This document shows positions 62,744-64,000 of a stretch of 64,000 bases of DNA, in pieces; the stretch's first letter is position 1; every line of letters begins with the position of its first letter. This DNA comes from an uncultured Gammaproteobacteria bacterium (lineage in GTDB: Bacteria > Pseudomonadota > Gammaproteobacteria > Xanthomonadales > Rhodanobacteraceae). The stretch is from positions 31,086 through 95,085 of the forward strand of contig CAVZIT010000007.1 in assembly GCA_963775445.1 (NCBI GenBank), in the 5' to 3' direction. The position numbers were made by a program, and so were the translations under genes. The notes below the pieces were generated by a model, which worked only from the letters and a program-made list of their open reading frames with translations, was not told the origin of the DNA and searched no databases.

Positions 62744-63265
62744 ATGAGCCTTTTGACCATACTCGAATATCCCGATCCGCGGTTGCGCACCCGGGCAGAA
62801 CCGGTAACCGTTTTTGATGCCGCCTTGCGCCGACTTTCGGCCGACATGCTTGAAACGATGTACGCCGCGCCGGGTATTGGCCTGGCCGCAACTCAGGTCG
62901 ACGTGCATCGCCAGCTGCTGGTACTGGATGTGTCCGAGAGCAAGGACCAGCCCATGGTTCTGGTGAATCCAACCATCCTCGCTCGCGAGGGCAGCCAGAT
63001 CTACCAGGAAGGGTGTCTGTCCGTGCCGGGCATCTTCGCCGACGTGGAACGCGCCGAACGCATCCGTGTCGAAGCACGCGACGTGGACGGCAACCCGCTC
63101 GCATTCGAAGCGGACGCACTGCTCGCAGTCTGCATCCAGCATGAAATGGATCACCTGATCGGCAAGCTGTTCGTCGACTATCTTTCCGCGCTCAAGCGCG
63201 ACATGGTGCGAAAGAAGCTGGAGAAGCAGCGCCGCCACGCGGAACCCGCAGTCGCGACTGGCTGA
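62744..63265 (+). CDS. def: Peptide deformylase
   Basis: [26 protein letters not shown]. Confidence 0.97.
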   Translation: MSLLTILEYPDPRLRTRAEPVTVFDAALRRLSADMLETMYAAPGIGLAATQVDVHRQLLVLDVSESKDQPMVLVNPTILAREGSQIYQEGCLSVPGIFADVERAERIRVEARDVDGNPLAFEADALLAVCIQHEMDHLIGKLFVDYLSALKRDMVRKKLEKQRRHAEPAVATG

Positions 63266-63272
63266 TTCGACA

Positions 63273-64000
63273 ATGGGCCAGCGCCTGCGCCTGGTGTTCG
63301 CCGGAACGCCCGAATTCGCCGTGCCGAGCCTGGCCGCATGTCGCGCGGCCGATGTAGACGTCGTTGCGGTTTTTACGCAGCCGGATCGATTGGCTGGCCG
63401 CGGCCGTCGCCTCGTCGCAAGCCCGGTCAAGCAGGCCGCCCTTGCGGCGAATATCCCCGTCGAGCAACCTGCAAGCCTGAAAACTGCCGATGCAAAAAAA
63501 CGCGTGCGGGCCTACGCGCCGGACCTGCTGGTAGTCGTGGCCTACGGCTTGATCCTGCCATTGAGCGTACTGACCATTCCGCAGCTGGACTGCTGGAACG
63601 TGCATGCATCGCTGCTGCCGCGCTGGCGCGGCGCAGCGCCGATTCAGCGCGCGATCATGGCGGGAGACAGCGTCACCGGCGTGGCGATCATGCGCATGCA
63701 GGCCGGCCTCGATACCGGTCCGATCCTTCGCGAGCTGCGCGAGCCGGTTCTGCCCTCCGACACATCCGGCGCGCTGCACGATCGTCTCGCTGCGCTGGGT
63801 GCGGCTGCGCTCGGCGAGACACTTTCCGATGCAGTCCGCGGCGCGCTGCCTGCGGCGATTCCGCAAGCGCTTGACGGCGTGACCTATGCCCACAAGCTAG
63901 CCAAAAGCGAGGCGCGTCTCGAATGGACCCTGGACGCCGCGTCGCTCGAGCGCAAGGTGCGCGCCCTGAATCCATGGCCGGTGGCCGAAGGCGACGTTGC
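63273..64000 (+). CDS. fmt: Methionyl-tRNA formyltransferase (3'-truncated by window edge)
   Basis: Translated by hand: [53 protein letters not shown]. Confidence 0.95.
   Translation, partial: MGQRLRLVFAGTPEFAVPSLAACRAADVDVVAVFTQPDRLAGRGRRLVASPVKQAALAANIPVEQPASLKTADAKKRVRAYAPDLLVVVAYGLILPLSVLTIPQLDCWNVHASLLPRWRGAAPIQRAIMAGDSVTGVAIMRMQAGLDTGPILRELREPVLPSDTSGALHDRLAALGAAALGETLSDAVRGALPAAIPQALDGVTYAHKLAKSEARLEWTLDAASLERKVRALNPWPVAEGDV

Overview
High-GC gammaproteobacterial chromosome segment. Gene order and protein styles suggest Xanthomonadales, probably Rhodanobacteraceae (inference). The housekeeping backbone is aroQ-accB-accC-prmA-DUF3426-fis-purH-purD; ampE/nudC/erpA/bactofilin; bfr-bfd; rppH; tRNA-Met; the atpIBEFHAGDC-glmU operon; hemF; polA; and tsaC-topA-dprA-LysM / def-fmt. 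Accessory segments: (i) 0-6 kb with a CADD-type pABA synthase candidate; (ii) a small islet after tRNA-Met with an FAD oxidoreductase, a PRC-barrel protein and a type IB topoisomerase; (iii) an old tandem duplication at 27.1-29.8 kb. Each copy has a perfect sigma-54 promoter with identically spaced upstream palindromes, a 61-aa protein under strong purifying selection, a terminator, a MAPEG gene (intact or remnant) and an uncharacterised secreted protein. This is the best candidate for an undescribed system. (iv) Fragments of an aryl-polyene/xanthomonadin-like cluster split across 39-42 kb and 55-56.5 kb; (v) a secreted two-domain-repeat protein at 43.6-44.5 kb; (vi) a 48-54.7 kb module with an ECF sigma/Ser-Thr kinase pair, a collagen-containing fibre protein, and two secreted proteins sharing a C-terminal D-x-I-F-x-x-G-F-[DE] motif. 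Inverted heptamer arrays sit in two atp operon spacers. Five single-base frameshifts, one of them in polA, suggest indel errors in the assembly, so pseudogene calls are uncertain. No CRISPR array, rRNA, integrase or transposase was seen. All family assignments come from motif recognition, not database searches.
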